Assembly (NCBI GenBank): GCA_050575255.1
Contig: JBNZDD010013718.1
Span: 3,591,098-3,655,097 of the forward strand
Direction of reading: 5' to 3'
DNA length: 64,000 nucleotides
Source of the DNA: Harriotta raleighana
Lineage: Eukaryota
Positions 39,678-51,757 of this stretch are shown one piece after another. The translations under genes were made by a program, and so were the position numbers. How positions within the stretch are numbered: the first letter of the stretch is position 1; each line of letters starts with the position of its first letter. Below the pieces are notes generated by a model, which saw nothing but the letters and a program-made list of their open reading frames with translations, did no database searches and had not been told where the DNA came from.

Positions 39678-39736
39678 GGTCTTCCGGATGTCTTCTAACC
39701 ATGAAAGGCATTATATAAATGCAATTTGTTGTTGTT
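39678..39736 (+). mobile_element. ~60-bp L2-type 3' tail insertion, diverged
   Basis: GGATGTCTTCTAACCATGAAAGGCATTATATAAATGCAATTTGTTGTTGTT. Confidence 0.7.
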
Positions 39737-39804
39737 CTTTTCCTTACTCCTATACTCATCCCAATTTCATTCTCAGATTTTTAGGACTACATTTGCTCAT
39801 TCAC

Positions 39805-40040
39805 ACAGATCTTAAAGACCCCACTGCACTAATCAAAAAGAGGAAGAAGTTTGCCCTGGTGCCCTGGCCAACAATCCGCCAGAAAAAAAAATGGTTTACT
39901 CATTTTTTGACTGTTTGTGGGATAGTGCTGTGTGCAAATTGACTGCTGTGTCCATCTTCAAATACACAGTAAAATCCTGCGAATAGCTTTGAGTCACCTA
40001 ACTGGCATGATAACGTACAATATCAAATGCAAGAATTATA
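39805..40040 (+). mobile_element. Deu-core SINE, 3' part
   Basis: GATCTTAAAGACCCCACTGCACT...CCTGGTGCCCTGGCCAAC...TGTTTGTGGGATAGTGCTGTGTGCAAATTGACTGC...TATCAAATGCAAGAATTAT. Confidence 0.75.
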
Positions 40041-40127
40041 TACTGTTCCATCATTTGGTAAAATTCTGTGCTCCACTACTCTATTCCTGGTCTTTATCAC
40101 AGTTATGGTTACTTGGCTGATTCAGAG

Positions 40128-40177
40128 ATAAGAAAGCATCTTTAGTAATGTGTGTAATACTGAAGATGCTTTCTTAT
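40128..40177. repeat. 20-bp-stem hairpin with 10-nt loop
   Basis: ATAAGAAAGCATCTTTAGTA pairs with TACTGAAGATGCTTTCTTAT: 19 Watson-Crick pairs plus one T-G. Confidence 0.9.
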
Positions 40178-43100
40178 TGGCATTAACACTGTTATGATCT
40201 ATGTTCTTAACACCATTTTTTTTAAACCTCAGAAGGAAAAGGAAACCCTGAGATCCAACTAAGGTAAACATACATGTTCTAGATACCGCCAAGATTAACG
40301 CATTAATATGATTGCAGAACTGGCCTTGCAGAACTGGCCTTGTAAATTATATTAACCCAATTTGAAAATAAATAATAGTTGCTATTGTAATTTAATAAAC
40401 ATGCATTGCGTTATGATTCTCATTTAGGTAGAAAACGTATTCAGATACTTGCATCACACATATAATTTATTTCTGCTCCACGGCTGATTTGTGCTCACGA
40501 CGTTAAGGACAAAAATGTGTAAACCTCCACACCTTCCGACCCGCGGACCTGCATTATAGCTGAAAGCCTGGGCACAGCAAATTTATATTGATAATGCCGC
40601 ATGTTAAGCAGGATCACTAATGGATGACCTTGAGGTTCGACCATTACAGACTCCAGAAGATCAAGTCTCAGCCCTCTCCTGCAAGTGGTCTGACCCTTCC
40701 ATTCTCCTCTTCCCGTTCTAACCTTTAACTTCTGATCTTTGACCAAATTATTAAACAGACACCTGCTTCTTTCTGTGACTTTCAGCGTCAGACCTGCAGT
40801 GGTACCATAATTTCATGTGAATAAGCTGTGACATGTAACATTAAAGCACACTCGCATGATTGAAATCAGTGGGTAGTAAAGGGGTAGCAATTTTATAAAT
40901 TGTTCAGGAAGGCTATTTGCAGGCTTTATTGCTACGGGTTATGTTACATTAGGCAGCATGATGCTATCAAATTTAAAGTTTGCAAGGTAAAATACTTAAA
41001 AAACTGGCCACTAAAACATAAATGTACAATTCGAAAAATATTTAACTGTCGTAAAGTTCTAATTTTGATATATTTTTAGACATGCTGTATTCCGTCTGTC
41101 CTATACACTATAATCAATCATGTTCACATAAATGAATCCTCCTTAAACAACAATTTATTACGGTGCAAATCAATAAACATATTTTTATTACATACAATTC
41201 ATGGTGTGCATTTTACTATATTGATCTATTATTCAAAGTGGAAATTGTCAGTTGCATTTCAGTAGAACCTTGAGATCCACTCTGTCTTTGCTGGGAAACT
41301 AGTCATAAAAGTAGACAGAGGTTAAGAATCTTATATTAACCAGTGTATTATTTTAGAACAAGCATAGTTTTGGGACCTTGAGTAATTTGCTGCACTTAAG
41401 ATTTGTCTGTGACAAATAATATTGCATTACATGTGATTCTTAAACTACTCATCTAGTTAGTTCCAGCTGTAAGGATAGATGAATCACAGGTTATACCAAC
41501 CCGTCTGTATTGATTAAAATATCCAGCATATGATGCCTTTGCTTTCCGATTGAAAATGATTACAGGATGTGAACTGCAAAGTAGGGAAGTTATAGAATTG
41601 ACATTAACTCTTTGCGAGAGGAGTACAAGTGATTTGCTCAAGAACTGCAGAATTCGAAGAATGCAGACAGCAGCATATATAACGTAAAATTACAATATTT
41701 GTTGAGGAAATAAAGCTGAGACAGAGCCCACCAGAGAGAGCAGCTGATGTCCAAAGCAGAAATGAGCCATTAAGGTGCAGTTTGGGATTGACACTGACCT
41801 AGGTCTGCCATCTTGCATTGTCCCACCATCTGCCCAGACTTGATCTTTGCCTCCAGTACTTTGCTTCTCAATTAACAGGTCCAGGTGGGCAAGAGTTTCA
41901 TCATTTCCCTAACATCATTACTATAGAAGAAGATGGAGTATTCATATTTAGTGTGAATAAGGCCTACTCTCTCCTGCTTTATGTTTTGCTTATGCAACAG
42001 AACAAAAGTAGATGCCACATAAAGGAAGAATCCAGGGCTGACTGGACATTGCTCGCTAGAAACATATAACTTCTATCTTTCGCCTTTGTCCATGTGCAAA
42101 GGCACATTATTCCAGTCTCTATTTATGCTCAGCATTCATCGGTTTTGTTTTGAACAAAAGCTGTATCTGTACAGACCTTGATCAAGAACAAGGGACTTGC
42201 AGAAGAGGACCCTTTGACATGATGCCTGCAGCTGCTTAAAGCCCAGCAATTAAAATGTCACCTACTGAAGAAAGGCAAGGAGAGAGAAAAGCCGCAAAGG
42301 GCTTGCTCTCTTATCAACGCCTGCCTTTCATGTTCTCACTTTATCTACGACCAATGTATTTTCTGCTTTCCACTTGTCTATGTCGATCTGGGACCCAAAC
42401 CCATCAGTGGTGATGATAGTGCTTTGTTTTTTCCTGTGAAGTACGTGCTTAGAGTTATTGAAAATGAAGTGTTATGAGGCTCATGTGTGCAGCATCAATG
42501 AACTGGGACTTCAACATCATCTAGCGAAAGAAAGAGTGAAATGCAAACGAAAGGCTGTCTGGCTAGTAGGAAGCCATGTCGACAATGTGTGTGCGAATGT
42601 GTGTGTCATTTGAAATTCACATGTATTTAGGTTGTGAAGGGGCATAATATGCATCAATAATATCTTTGATCAGCAGACGAACTCGGGAAATAGGAACTGT
42701 GTCGAATATGGTTATCATCAACCTATTTTCTATTCCCCGAGCACAAATCATTTCATGTATTGTGCAACGCTTTTCCTATGTTTAGCTTTCAAAGCAATTT
42801 CAGGAACAAAATAAGGTGTTTTTCTCAATTTTAGAGACATTTATGTGGGGTTAGTGTTGTTTACCTACCTCTAGTACACTGGTATTTAAATACTTTAAAG
42901 CAGAAATTGGTGGGTTTGATTTATCGAGCTCTGCAAGAGCACAATTTTCAATGTTGTGCTTCTAATCTACTGGACCACTTTAAAAAGGTCACATTGACCA
43001 TCAAAATATCACGCAGAGCAGGTACGAAAATGTATTTAATCTGTGGTTGGGTATGTGTGTGGGGAAGAGAGGCGGGGAACAGGAAAATGCTTCTGACAGA

Positions 43101-44064
43101 CTCAGCGTGAATAGACAAAAAGCACAGCCTTCTGCCAATGGAAGAAAATATTTTTTCAAGAGGCAACAACATTCCATATGATGTTCTATTAAAGCTATAT
43201 TTCCATACTAATGAACCTAAAACTACACACCGGTCTTGTAATAAAAAAACAAGGCAGCTTTTTAAACTTACATATCATTATTGTTAATTGAATTCAGGAT
43301 GCTGAGTGCAACAATGAAATAATGCTGCTGTGATTGACTGTCATCTTTATTCATGACTCATTAAAATGTGCCTCTGAACAATGCCATTGCTTTGTTGTCT
43401 TTCCCCCAACCCAAAGTTACGTTCAAACACAAACAAGTTCCACTCCAGCATACCAGGAAAAGTTACCTACGTGTAAAACATCACCTAAGTCTCTATTTGG
43501 TCATTTGTTCCCCTTAACACCACATTTACCTTTACAGCGCAAGTGTAGGCTTCACCTCAGTCTTCGACTGCAACATGCTATAATGTAAATGAGGAACGAG
43601 TGCCTCCAGATGTGTTGGGACCCACCTAAAGAGGCGGTATTCCATAGAGGTGGGTTTGAGTGTGTGTTCTTTTCTGGCCATGAGTCAGGTGAGATTGCTT
43701 TTATTGACCATCAGAAGGTATTGCCCATTGTCCTCCACGAGCCTTCCCCCAGACACTGGGATAAATTTCACAGCTGGAAACAGAGACCAGAAACAACTGG
43801 GCAACTTGAAATCTGGGATCTAAACTGAGGTATTGGTCTATGAAAGGCCTGCAGTATAGGGGATGGAAAGATTTTTTTAAATGCCAGTGTGAACCAAACT
43901 GGTATTATTGTTGTTTTATTGAAGTTTATGAATCTTCCATTTCAAAAGGACGTTCTCGTTGCGAAACTATTGAAATTTCACTGAGGTCCATTATAAATTG
44001 TTGTCACTCAGCACTGTTGAAATTGACAAGAGTTGCTAAACTAGAGTCTCAAACAAAACTTACA

Positions 44065-44320
44065 ATTCGAAACAGAGAAGACATAAATCTGTATCCTATT
44101 GAACTCAATGTTGAAATCTTGTTTCTTTCATGGTTCTTAGTTGTTCTCCTTTTGTATCCTGAAAGCCATGGTTCAAGCTGTTGTATAGTTCTATGGACAA
44201 TAAAATTTCTGCCACCTGGACATTGGTTGTGTGGACTGGACAGTTGGAGTCGGTGATGGCCTGCATGCAGCATGAATTTATTTGAAGCACACTAACATGT
44301 AGCCCTTGTTCACCACAGGC
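44065..44320 (-). pseudogene. Fossil PIF/Harbinger (HARBI1-like) DDE transposase fragment
   Basis: Minus strand, collinear: VVNKGY (44299-44316), MQAITD (44249-44266), TNV/PGG, ILLSIELYNSLNHG, ETRF/NIEFNRIQIYV; resembles NRKGYHSINVQAIxD..FTNVxAxWPGS..ILxxSxLY..ExxFN. Confidence 0.6.
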
Positions 44321-44611
44321 AGCAATTTGAAGTCACATTTCCTGCTCTACAATCTTAATTAATCAATCGGTACATACATTTGATAACTGTGCAAAGCTCC
44401 TTTGAATAAAATGTCAAGCATTTTATTACAATCTCAAATATATACACAAAAGTTCTTGTTGAATAACAACTTGGGAGGAGTTCCTGTAACATGGTCACCT
44501 TTATTTAGGTAAATATGTATACTGCATACTGGCTTTAATGACAAAATCAAAAGGCAAAGTATATGTTGACACACTTACACCTGTAATTTTGTGTTGTATT
44601 ACTGTCATCAA

Positions 44612-44678
44612 CACCTCGGGACGTCCTCCTGATTTGAAAGGTGCTCTATAAATGTAATTTTATTGTTGTTGTTGTTGT
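44612..44678 (+). mobile_element. ~60-bp L2-type 3' tail insertion
   Basis: CACCTCGGGACGTCCTCCTGATTTGAAAGGTGCTCTATAAATGTAATTTTATTGTTGTTGTTGTTG. Confidence 0.85.
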
Positions 44679-44681
44679 CCT

Positions 44682-44741
44682 GTGCCTTGGGACGCCCTCA
44701 CGACGTGAAAGGCGCTATACAAATGTTATTTTGTATTGTAT
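44682..44741 (+). mobile_element. ~60-bp L2-type 3' tail insertion, tandem to the previous one
   Basis: GTGCCTTGGGACGCCCTCACGACGTGAAAGGCGCTATACAAATGTTATTTTGTATTGTAT. Confidence 0.85.
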
Positions 44742-47214
44742 CAACACTTACATATCAAGAATAATTGTTGACCCTCCATATAATTTGTGAACTAGTTTAA
44801 TTTGGGAAGCAAATGTGCAATATTTTTGTATTAGTCTAAAATACATGACAGCTTGAGAGAGTGCAACCAGGGAAGCTATTTGCAAATAGACCACAGGACC
44901 ATGACTTTTAACTGTAGGCTTCTCAGTGCCCAGGATTCCAGCAAAAATAATAGGGGAATGAATGAATCAGACCTCCTGCATTGACATCCTTTATAGTGTG
45001 GATGAAAGCACTTCTCAGTTTTCTCATTAGATGGGAGACTAATCAGTATAAGTGCATTTTTCCACAGGGGAAGCAGAGGGATGTGGAGAAGATCAGGAAA
45101 GAGCAGCCCAACAGGTTATACACCTTCCTAATTATCCATCATGTTAAGCAGAAGGTGAAGTTGTCTGGCTCAGCTTGATTTGTCCTGAAGTACCAAAAAC
45201 AGAAAGGCAACATCATCCACTCACTTTATTTATAGGAAGCCGAGTGAGAAAACCTGAAGGGTATAGCCAATTTAATGCAACCTTCCGTTGTTAAATTTCA
45301 CGAGGAAGGATCAGGAAGAACCCAAATCTCTGCCCTAAACAGTTGTGCTTCCGCAAACGGAAATACATTTTTACAAATTATGAGATGTAGTACACATAAT
45401 GCTGGACAGATAATCAATGTTCACTGAAGTGGCATGAGTATTATTTACGTGGGTTGTATTAATTATAGATGAAAATGCAACAATAAAGCAAGACGAGCAA
45501 TTAACTTGATATAACAATAGATAACGAACAGAGTCATGCAAAGCTGTAATTTAACTGCAGGATATAGATGGTCATAAACTATTAGATTGAAGCATGAAGA
45601 CTCTGAACTTTAACCTAAACTTTAGCTAAACTCCAAGGTTGGATAAGAAACTTTTCTGAGGTTATGATTTTCTAATACTACTATAGTTATAATATTTGGG
45701 TTTAAAAGTTCTGATTACAGATTATGCAGCAGAAGCTCGTATACAACAGTATTATGGTTCTTGGGATTATAAACACATGGAATACATTACATATGGAGTA
45801 ATGGATACCTGGGAGTAATTGCAAAGCAGTAATCTAACTCAAGGGTTCAGGTGACAACATAAATTGAGAGCAAAGTTCAAGCAGTTTAGAACGGTTATCT
45901 GAACCCTTAAACGTGCTTACAGCTTTGAATAACTGCCTGGTATCTGTTCTATAATGTATGTTGTTTTGATTTTATGTCCGGATTTTATTCTGTTTTGGGT
46001 TAGGTTCTGTCCACAGTGGCTTCCAATGCGGACACATTTTGCCGGGGCACTCCATATGCTTGATGCAATATTAATGTTCACGCAAGAGTTCAGGCAATTG
46101 TGAAGCCATTACCACATGTTCATCAAAAATATAGCTTTCAGTTGATGCCTGCAGAAATTTGTTCCTACTACAATATAAATTGTGAAGTGTTCCCACTGTA
46201 TTATAAACTCAAAAATGCTTTTCAGTATACCCAACGACCAATACGATGGCAACACTTTATTTAGTTATTCAGAGTAGAGTAAAAAGACGAAACAATTCAA
46301 AGATTTGGTCACAAAACTATTTGCAAATAGTTGATGATACAAATTATTATAATCTCCGAAGTTTAACTATACAAAATGCATTGACAGTCATACATTTAAT
46401 CAAATTATACTGTTGATGGGTGCATTTAGAGGGTTGGATAAGCAAATGAAAAATGAATCATAACGGATGTGAAATCCAATCATAACAAAACCACATTGGA
46501 AGTAAAATCAACTAAAGACTTTTTGGATTGATTCTCTATTCATTGGTAATTTTCTGAACTTGGTGGATGAATCCATTTTATTTGCCAGGGATGGGCATTT
46601 TCTCCATCTCTAGTTCACTCTGTATCATTGTTTATTTGATATAATACAGACTAGCTACAGTTTTGAAGAGAGTATTAATTTGGTAACAGGGTTCCAGTCA
46701 AAACTGAGATTTGTGAAAGAAGAGTTAGCACATTTTAACAGAGGATTTTGAAGTACTACAGGACAAATATACTGTTGAAATTACGGCTCAGGAACATCTG
46801 GCAAGTAAACTTTTATTTAATTAAATCACTCGCCTCCTACATAGAAGAAATGTACCTTTAGGTGCATTGATATATTAAAGCACAACAGGAACAGCTCCAC
46901 ACTATTTAATGCGTAATTTCACTCACCAGTTCATGCACATTCAAGCAGAGGTGGTAATATGAGAACTGCTTTTATTCCTAATATTAAAACCAATTATGAT
47001 CAGGCTTTATTTAGGTACACATGTGGTGAGCTGTGATATAACACATGGCCAACAATGCCTCTTTTTATTTTATTTTGTAAGGCTACCTATTTTCATGAAT
47101 TACTGGGTAAACTCAGTGTGCGCCATTGCAGTTCATGGCTTTGGATTATTCAAACTATTTCTTCAATTGGTTGAATAAAATATTTTGTTGCTCTCCAATT
47201 TTCTCCTGATCTAC

Positions 47215-47355
47215 CCTCCTCCTTTTTTGGGGTAAGGTTCAAGGGCACCTTTGCCAAGGGATCTACATTAATGTGAGAGCTTTCAGAATGAGTGTGGCCC
47301 CCATAGTGGCAAGCATCATAACTGAGTCCAGTCCTGACCTCATCCAAAGTCCACT
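47215..47355 (-). mobile_element. AmnSINE2-like SINE, 3' part
   Basis: Minus strand GTGGACTTTGGATGAGGTCAGGACTGGACTCAGTTATGATGC..., homologous to the other copies. Confidence 0.45.
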
Positions 47356-47884
47356 AAAATTAATGTGCTTATGGCACTGCCTTCACAAAATGCCCAATGT
47401 AACCTGACAACCTGGAAGTCAATAAACCACGTAACATCTATGGATAAAGGAAAGTGATCCCCTTATGTTGAGATACTGGCCCAGTCAACAATGGTATATA
47501 ACTGGCTTTCTGTACTCTGGAATTCTAACTGGCAGGACCAGGCCAGACATGCAAAAATGTTTTTAAAAATCCATGGACCCACATTTTCTGTGGCCTGTGT
47601 ATAGCCTCCCAACTCTCCTAGTGTAAGCCAATGCCACACTGAGCAGCCTTGTGGGCCTTCATACTGACCAGTATTATTAACATTGACTTGGATTGTTTGC
47701 ATCCCGTGAGCAAAAGATAACTTATTTGCTCTCTTCTGCATCACTGGATTCAAACAATTACAATGCTCGTATTGGCATTGTAATTGCACTTAACTGGAAA
47801 TTCTGGCTAGACAGACAGGATCTCCTCTACCAGCAAGCCGGAGTTACAGTGTACTATATCTACACAATAACAATGCTCCAGATC

Positions 47885-48125
47885 TTTATCCAGAGTAGTG
47901 TTTCCTGATTAATGATCCAGAGGAGGAACAATGCCTAATTTTCCCTCCATATCGCACGGACACTGAGGCCAATTGTAACACTCCGATTACTGTTCTAGGT
48001 GAGATAAGGGGTTCAAATCCCTGACTCTACAGTACCTTGGGATGTCCTCCCTATGTGAAAACGGCTATACAAATGTAATTTTTTATTGTATAAGCTAACT
48101 CAGCACAGACAAAGATATGAACCTA
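47885..48125 (-). mobile_element. AmnSINE2-like SINE, 5' part, interrupted
   Basis: Minus strand GTCTGTGCTGAGTTAGCT, then an insert, then ATCTCACC...TTACAATTGGCCTCAGTGTCC...GGAGGGAAAATT. Confidence 0.6.
48032..48091 (+). mobile_element. ~60-bp L2-type 3' tail insertion, nested in the older SINE
   Basis: GTACCTTGGGATGTCCTCCCTATGTGAAAACGGCTATACAAATGTAATTTTTATTGTAT. Confidence 0.8.
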
Positions 48126-48289
48126 CAACCTTTTCTTCAGATTTCCTCTATTCAGAAATTCCTTTTCCCCGCAGCTTGATTGTATCCCAGTTTTACAATG
48201 GTTACTGGCGAAGAAGGAACTACGTATAACCTAGTTTTCCTACTTTGTTAAACAAGGGAGATGGAGCACTGCAAACAAATCCACAGTGC

Positions 48290-48560
48290 AAAGCAGGTCT
48301 GCAAGCAGTCTGACAATGCTCATAAAAGCTTTCATTGAAATGAGTTGTCTCTCTGGGTGGGAACATTGCTCTGATTTGTCATAACAATAAGAATAAATTT
48401 TATATCAAGTTACTGTTGGATTAAGTTGGGGAGATAATAATATATATGAAACTGCTTTAGCACCAAGACTGGTCACGGTGATAAAATTACAAAGAAAATA
48501 GGTTTCCTCAGCCAATGTGCTCCGCAGAAGATACACTCCGTTTTACTGTTGTGCAAATGC
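48290..48560. promoter_or_regulatory. Candidate conserved non-coding element
   Basis: Unique block with GACAATG and AACAAT (SOX), CTCATAAAA (posterior HOX/CDX) and GGATTA (OTX/PITX). Confidence 0.35.
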
Positions 48561-50271
48561 GAAGCTGATCTCACAACTCTACCATTCTCTTACTTCACCA
48601 CAGCCAATCGAAAATAACAATTCTATTGAATCCATCTCCTTTTGCACTCACAAGCCAATGCTGCCGTACTGTCTATAGTTCTGTAAAGAAAGTGTTGCTT
48701 ACCATACTACTATGGTATTGATGGGGTTTTTCTCTATGTGTTGTGTTATTAAAGTGTGCTTGTCTGAATAATGGATGATCTTAACACATACTTACACCTG
48801 GATGTTGCTGATTTCAGGCCTTCAGCAAGCAAAGCTGTGATTTAAAAAAAAGTTGTGGGGGTTAGAATGAGGGGGCAGGTGAGTTGTGTGAAGAAAGTGA
48901 AGAAGATCTGTGTTAGGATTAAAATATTTGCCCATTTAAAAAAAAAACTCATATTGAGCACCAAACAGTTAGATCAAGAGAAACGCTCCATCTGTTTTTC
49001 TGAACAGGGAGTTCTTCCCCCATCTTACAGCGAGGTTGCTACGAGAAAATAAATGCTCTGAAATTATTCTTGCTGATATGCTGAGCCACTTTAATGCTGA
49101 TTTCATGTGGGAAAATGCCACTGAAAATGGTCACGAACAAAGTTACTGCAAATATCTTCAATTTTGTATCTATCATCCTTAAAAATGAAGGAATGCCACC
49201 ACCAGAGCTATGAGTCAATGCCTTCAGCAGAAGAGAAACATGTTGCAGACAGGTGATAAATTGAATACGTTTTAAGTAAGAGTCTGGAGATTTTCTTTTC
49301 CTTTAAATGAAGCCTGAGCGAGCATCAGATGCACAGGGCAGCTCCTTTAACAAATCCATGGCATTTTAATTGCTGCAAAAAGGACGTTTGGTGCACTGTG
49401 GTACCCTCCCCCAACAGTCTAAGCCACCATTGTTCCTCTTTCCTCCTGGTGCCAGCAAAGGAGTGCTCTATTTCAAGCTGCCGTAGGGAGACTTTAGCAG
49501 ACAAATTAGTATGAATTGACTGAGCATTGCTGGTTGACTGATCATAGGAGTCTGACGCAGTTTGATTCCAAGAGATACAGTCTTACTTTTGCCAGTTATG
49601 ATTGCATTGTATGGACTGCAGCACTAAACTTTGAGTAGCATTTACATTGCACAATAAACCAAAGCAGTTGTTTTTTTTCCACTTGTAATTGTTATCTGGC
49701 TATGATTTCTCAGAAACTAAGCCTTGATCTTAAGGAGGATATTGAATTCCCTGAAGCAGAAACTATTTAGTTTGTAGTTGAAGCAGCAATTCTGGAGATT
49801 TGGAAGAGCATAAATCCCATTTAATTTTAAGAAGCTGTTTAGGGTTTTACAATCTATCTGGAAACTGATATCACTGGTGAATACTTTATTTTGCAATGAT
49901 CCTGTTACTGTAGACAACCATTCAAAGCCAATTTTGAAATTGACAATGAGTTCAATTCAACATGGGACGAGGAAAGTCACTTCAATCAAATTATAAGTTT
50001 GGATTTGGATTCTGATTTAGTTCTCATAGATTCCAGGTATCTGAAATGATCCATGGGAGACTTCCACTGTTATCTCTTGCAACAGCTGCTTCTGTATGTA
50101 AACTGAAGAAGCGGATGTGCCATCCATAGGTAGAAATAATCTGAAGGAGGGTAAAGATGAAATTAAAATTCCCAATCCATCCAAACCAGGCAACTTCAAT
50201 TCAAATTGGGTTTGAGTGTGACAACAGCTTCTTCACCCCTACACCCCAACCCCACTTTTAAAAAAACAAAC

Positions 50272-50560
50272 ATGTTTCTCTTCTGCTGAAAGCGTTGACA
50301 CAAGCTGGGGTGTGGTTCCATTCACTGACGGCACTCTGGTATTAAACACAAGTTGCCATCTTTCATGTGCAAGCCTACATCAATAATAACATAATTATCC
50401 TTGCATTTGGTATACCGTCAAAACGTCTCAAAGCACACTGAAGGATATTATTGTAAAGTAGAATCACGAGTACCGGCAGTTTACATGTCAATGGGGTATG
50501 TCACAACCAACACCCATGTAGTCCTCTAGTGCTGACTGCCACATATACATTTTGCTAAAA
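50272..50560 (-). mobile_element. AmnSINE2-like SINE 3' half interrupted by a (TTA)n SINE tail at about 50383-50465
   Basis: TTCTCTTCTGCTGAAAGCGTTGACAC...GCCATCTTTCATGTGCAAGCCTA, then the insert AATAATAACATAATTATCCTTGCATTTG..., then the host resumes. A plus-strand 3' end of the same family is near 49190-49240. Confidence 0.55.
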
Positions 50561-50644
50561 GGCATCACTGAAATTCCAAGTGGTGATGCGAATCCAAGAT
50601 AATCATATTGTTCTTTCTTGCCGATTGCTATCTTTCAAGCCATC

Positions 50645-50790
50645 TTTCAAGATAAATTGAGAAGAGGAACTGAGGGTTATAAGCTAGTATCAGCAAAGCT
50701 GGAATAGTATGGCATTAGCAAGTGTTGGATCTTTGCATGGGATGTGGAAGGAATGGTATTGATGGACTAAATGACCACTTATCATGTCAT
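50645..50790 (+). mobile_element. Degenerate CR1 3' tail
   Basis: GAGGGTTATAAG...GCTGGAATAG...TTGATGGACTAAATGACC, resembling GATGGGCCGAATGGCC. Confidence 0.5.
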
Positions 50791-51400
50791 TGCGCAATGA
50801 CTAATATTGGTGAACAGGTACCTTCACAAATTATGCTGAAGTTGTTCCAATACAGCTTGCACTGATTTTTGGGAGGCATTCACCTTTGTTATAACCAAGA
50901 TGAGAACAAGCAAGACACATTCAAGAAAACACACCAAGGCACAAAATATCATTGTGTTCAGTTTTACTATCTCTCCCGAGCAGCACATCACCAGAGGCTA
51001 TAACTGCAATTCCCAACCACATTATGCATTTCTGTACAAATTTTGTGTGTGTGAAGAAAAACTTCCCCAATGTTTCATTCCTGCAATAATGTATACGCGA
51101 TATTATGTTTTCAAGTCAAATTCAGATTTTGTATTTGGTCCAGGTATTAATATTTTCTAAATTAATGTCTGTTATATCATCAATATGTTATATAGTTTTA
51201 TTTCACCTACGGTTTAATTCGAAGCAATTTGACTGTCAAACGTTTTACCCATAGGCTAAAACATCTGAGAACATATGTAATGATAAAACAGTCTTTTAAA
51301 GATATTCTACAACCTTTCATGCACAAAGTTAATAATTGGCTTACCTTATTTGTAATGTTTTACATTGCTATTGACACTATGATTAAATAATATCACAATG

Positions 51401-51480
51401 CAGTATATTCTGTGAAGCGCTTTGGGACGTTGATAAGATGTGAAAAGCGCTAAATCAAATGCAAGGATTATTATTATTAT
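51401..51480 (+). mobile_element. SINE 3' tail, (TTA)n type, well preserved
   Basis: TATATTCTGTGAAGCGCTTTGGGACGTTGATAAGATGTGAAAAGCGCTAAATCAAATGCAAGGATTATTATTATT. Confidence 0.85.
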
Positions 51481-51510
51481 GCTTGAAGCAAGTCTTAGCC
51501 AATTAATAAA

Positions 51511-51757
51511 AATAATAATAATCCTTCCATTTGATACAGTCTAATCACTTCATCAAAATGTCACAAGTGCTTCATATGATTTATTGTTTGAGTGTAGTAA
51601 CTGTATTTGCAGGAAATCCTGGCAGCCAGTTTACCCATAGCACCACAATGGCCCACAAACAGCAATGAAATGAAAATATCTTTCTGATATTGTCATAGGA
51701 TCTTTAACATTCACCTCAGCAGCCAGACAATACTAGCTTTATCATTTCATCAGAAAG
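51511..51757 (-). mobile_element. Deu-core SINE 3' part, tail-to-tail with the previous element
   Basis: AATAATAATAATCCTTCCATTTGATA...GGCAGCCAGTTT...CCCACAAACAGCAATG...CATAGGATCTTTAACATTCACC. Confidence 0.75.

Noticed and set aside
43500-43830. Penelope RT C-terminal or Myb-like fossil
   Set aside because: Only vague motif hints (PTH..LHY); not collinear enough to call.
43840-44256. 138-aa ORF as a gene
   Set aside because: Antisense shadow of the Harbinger transposase fossil; no recognisable protein.
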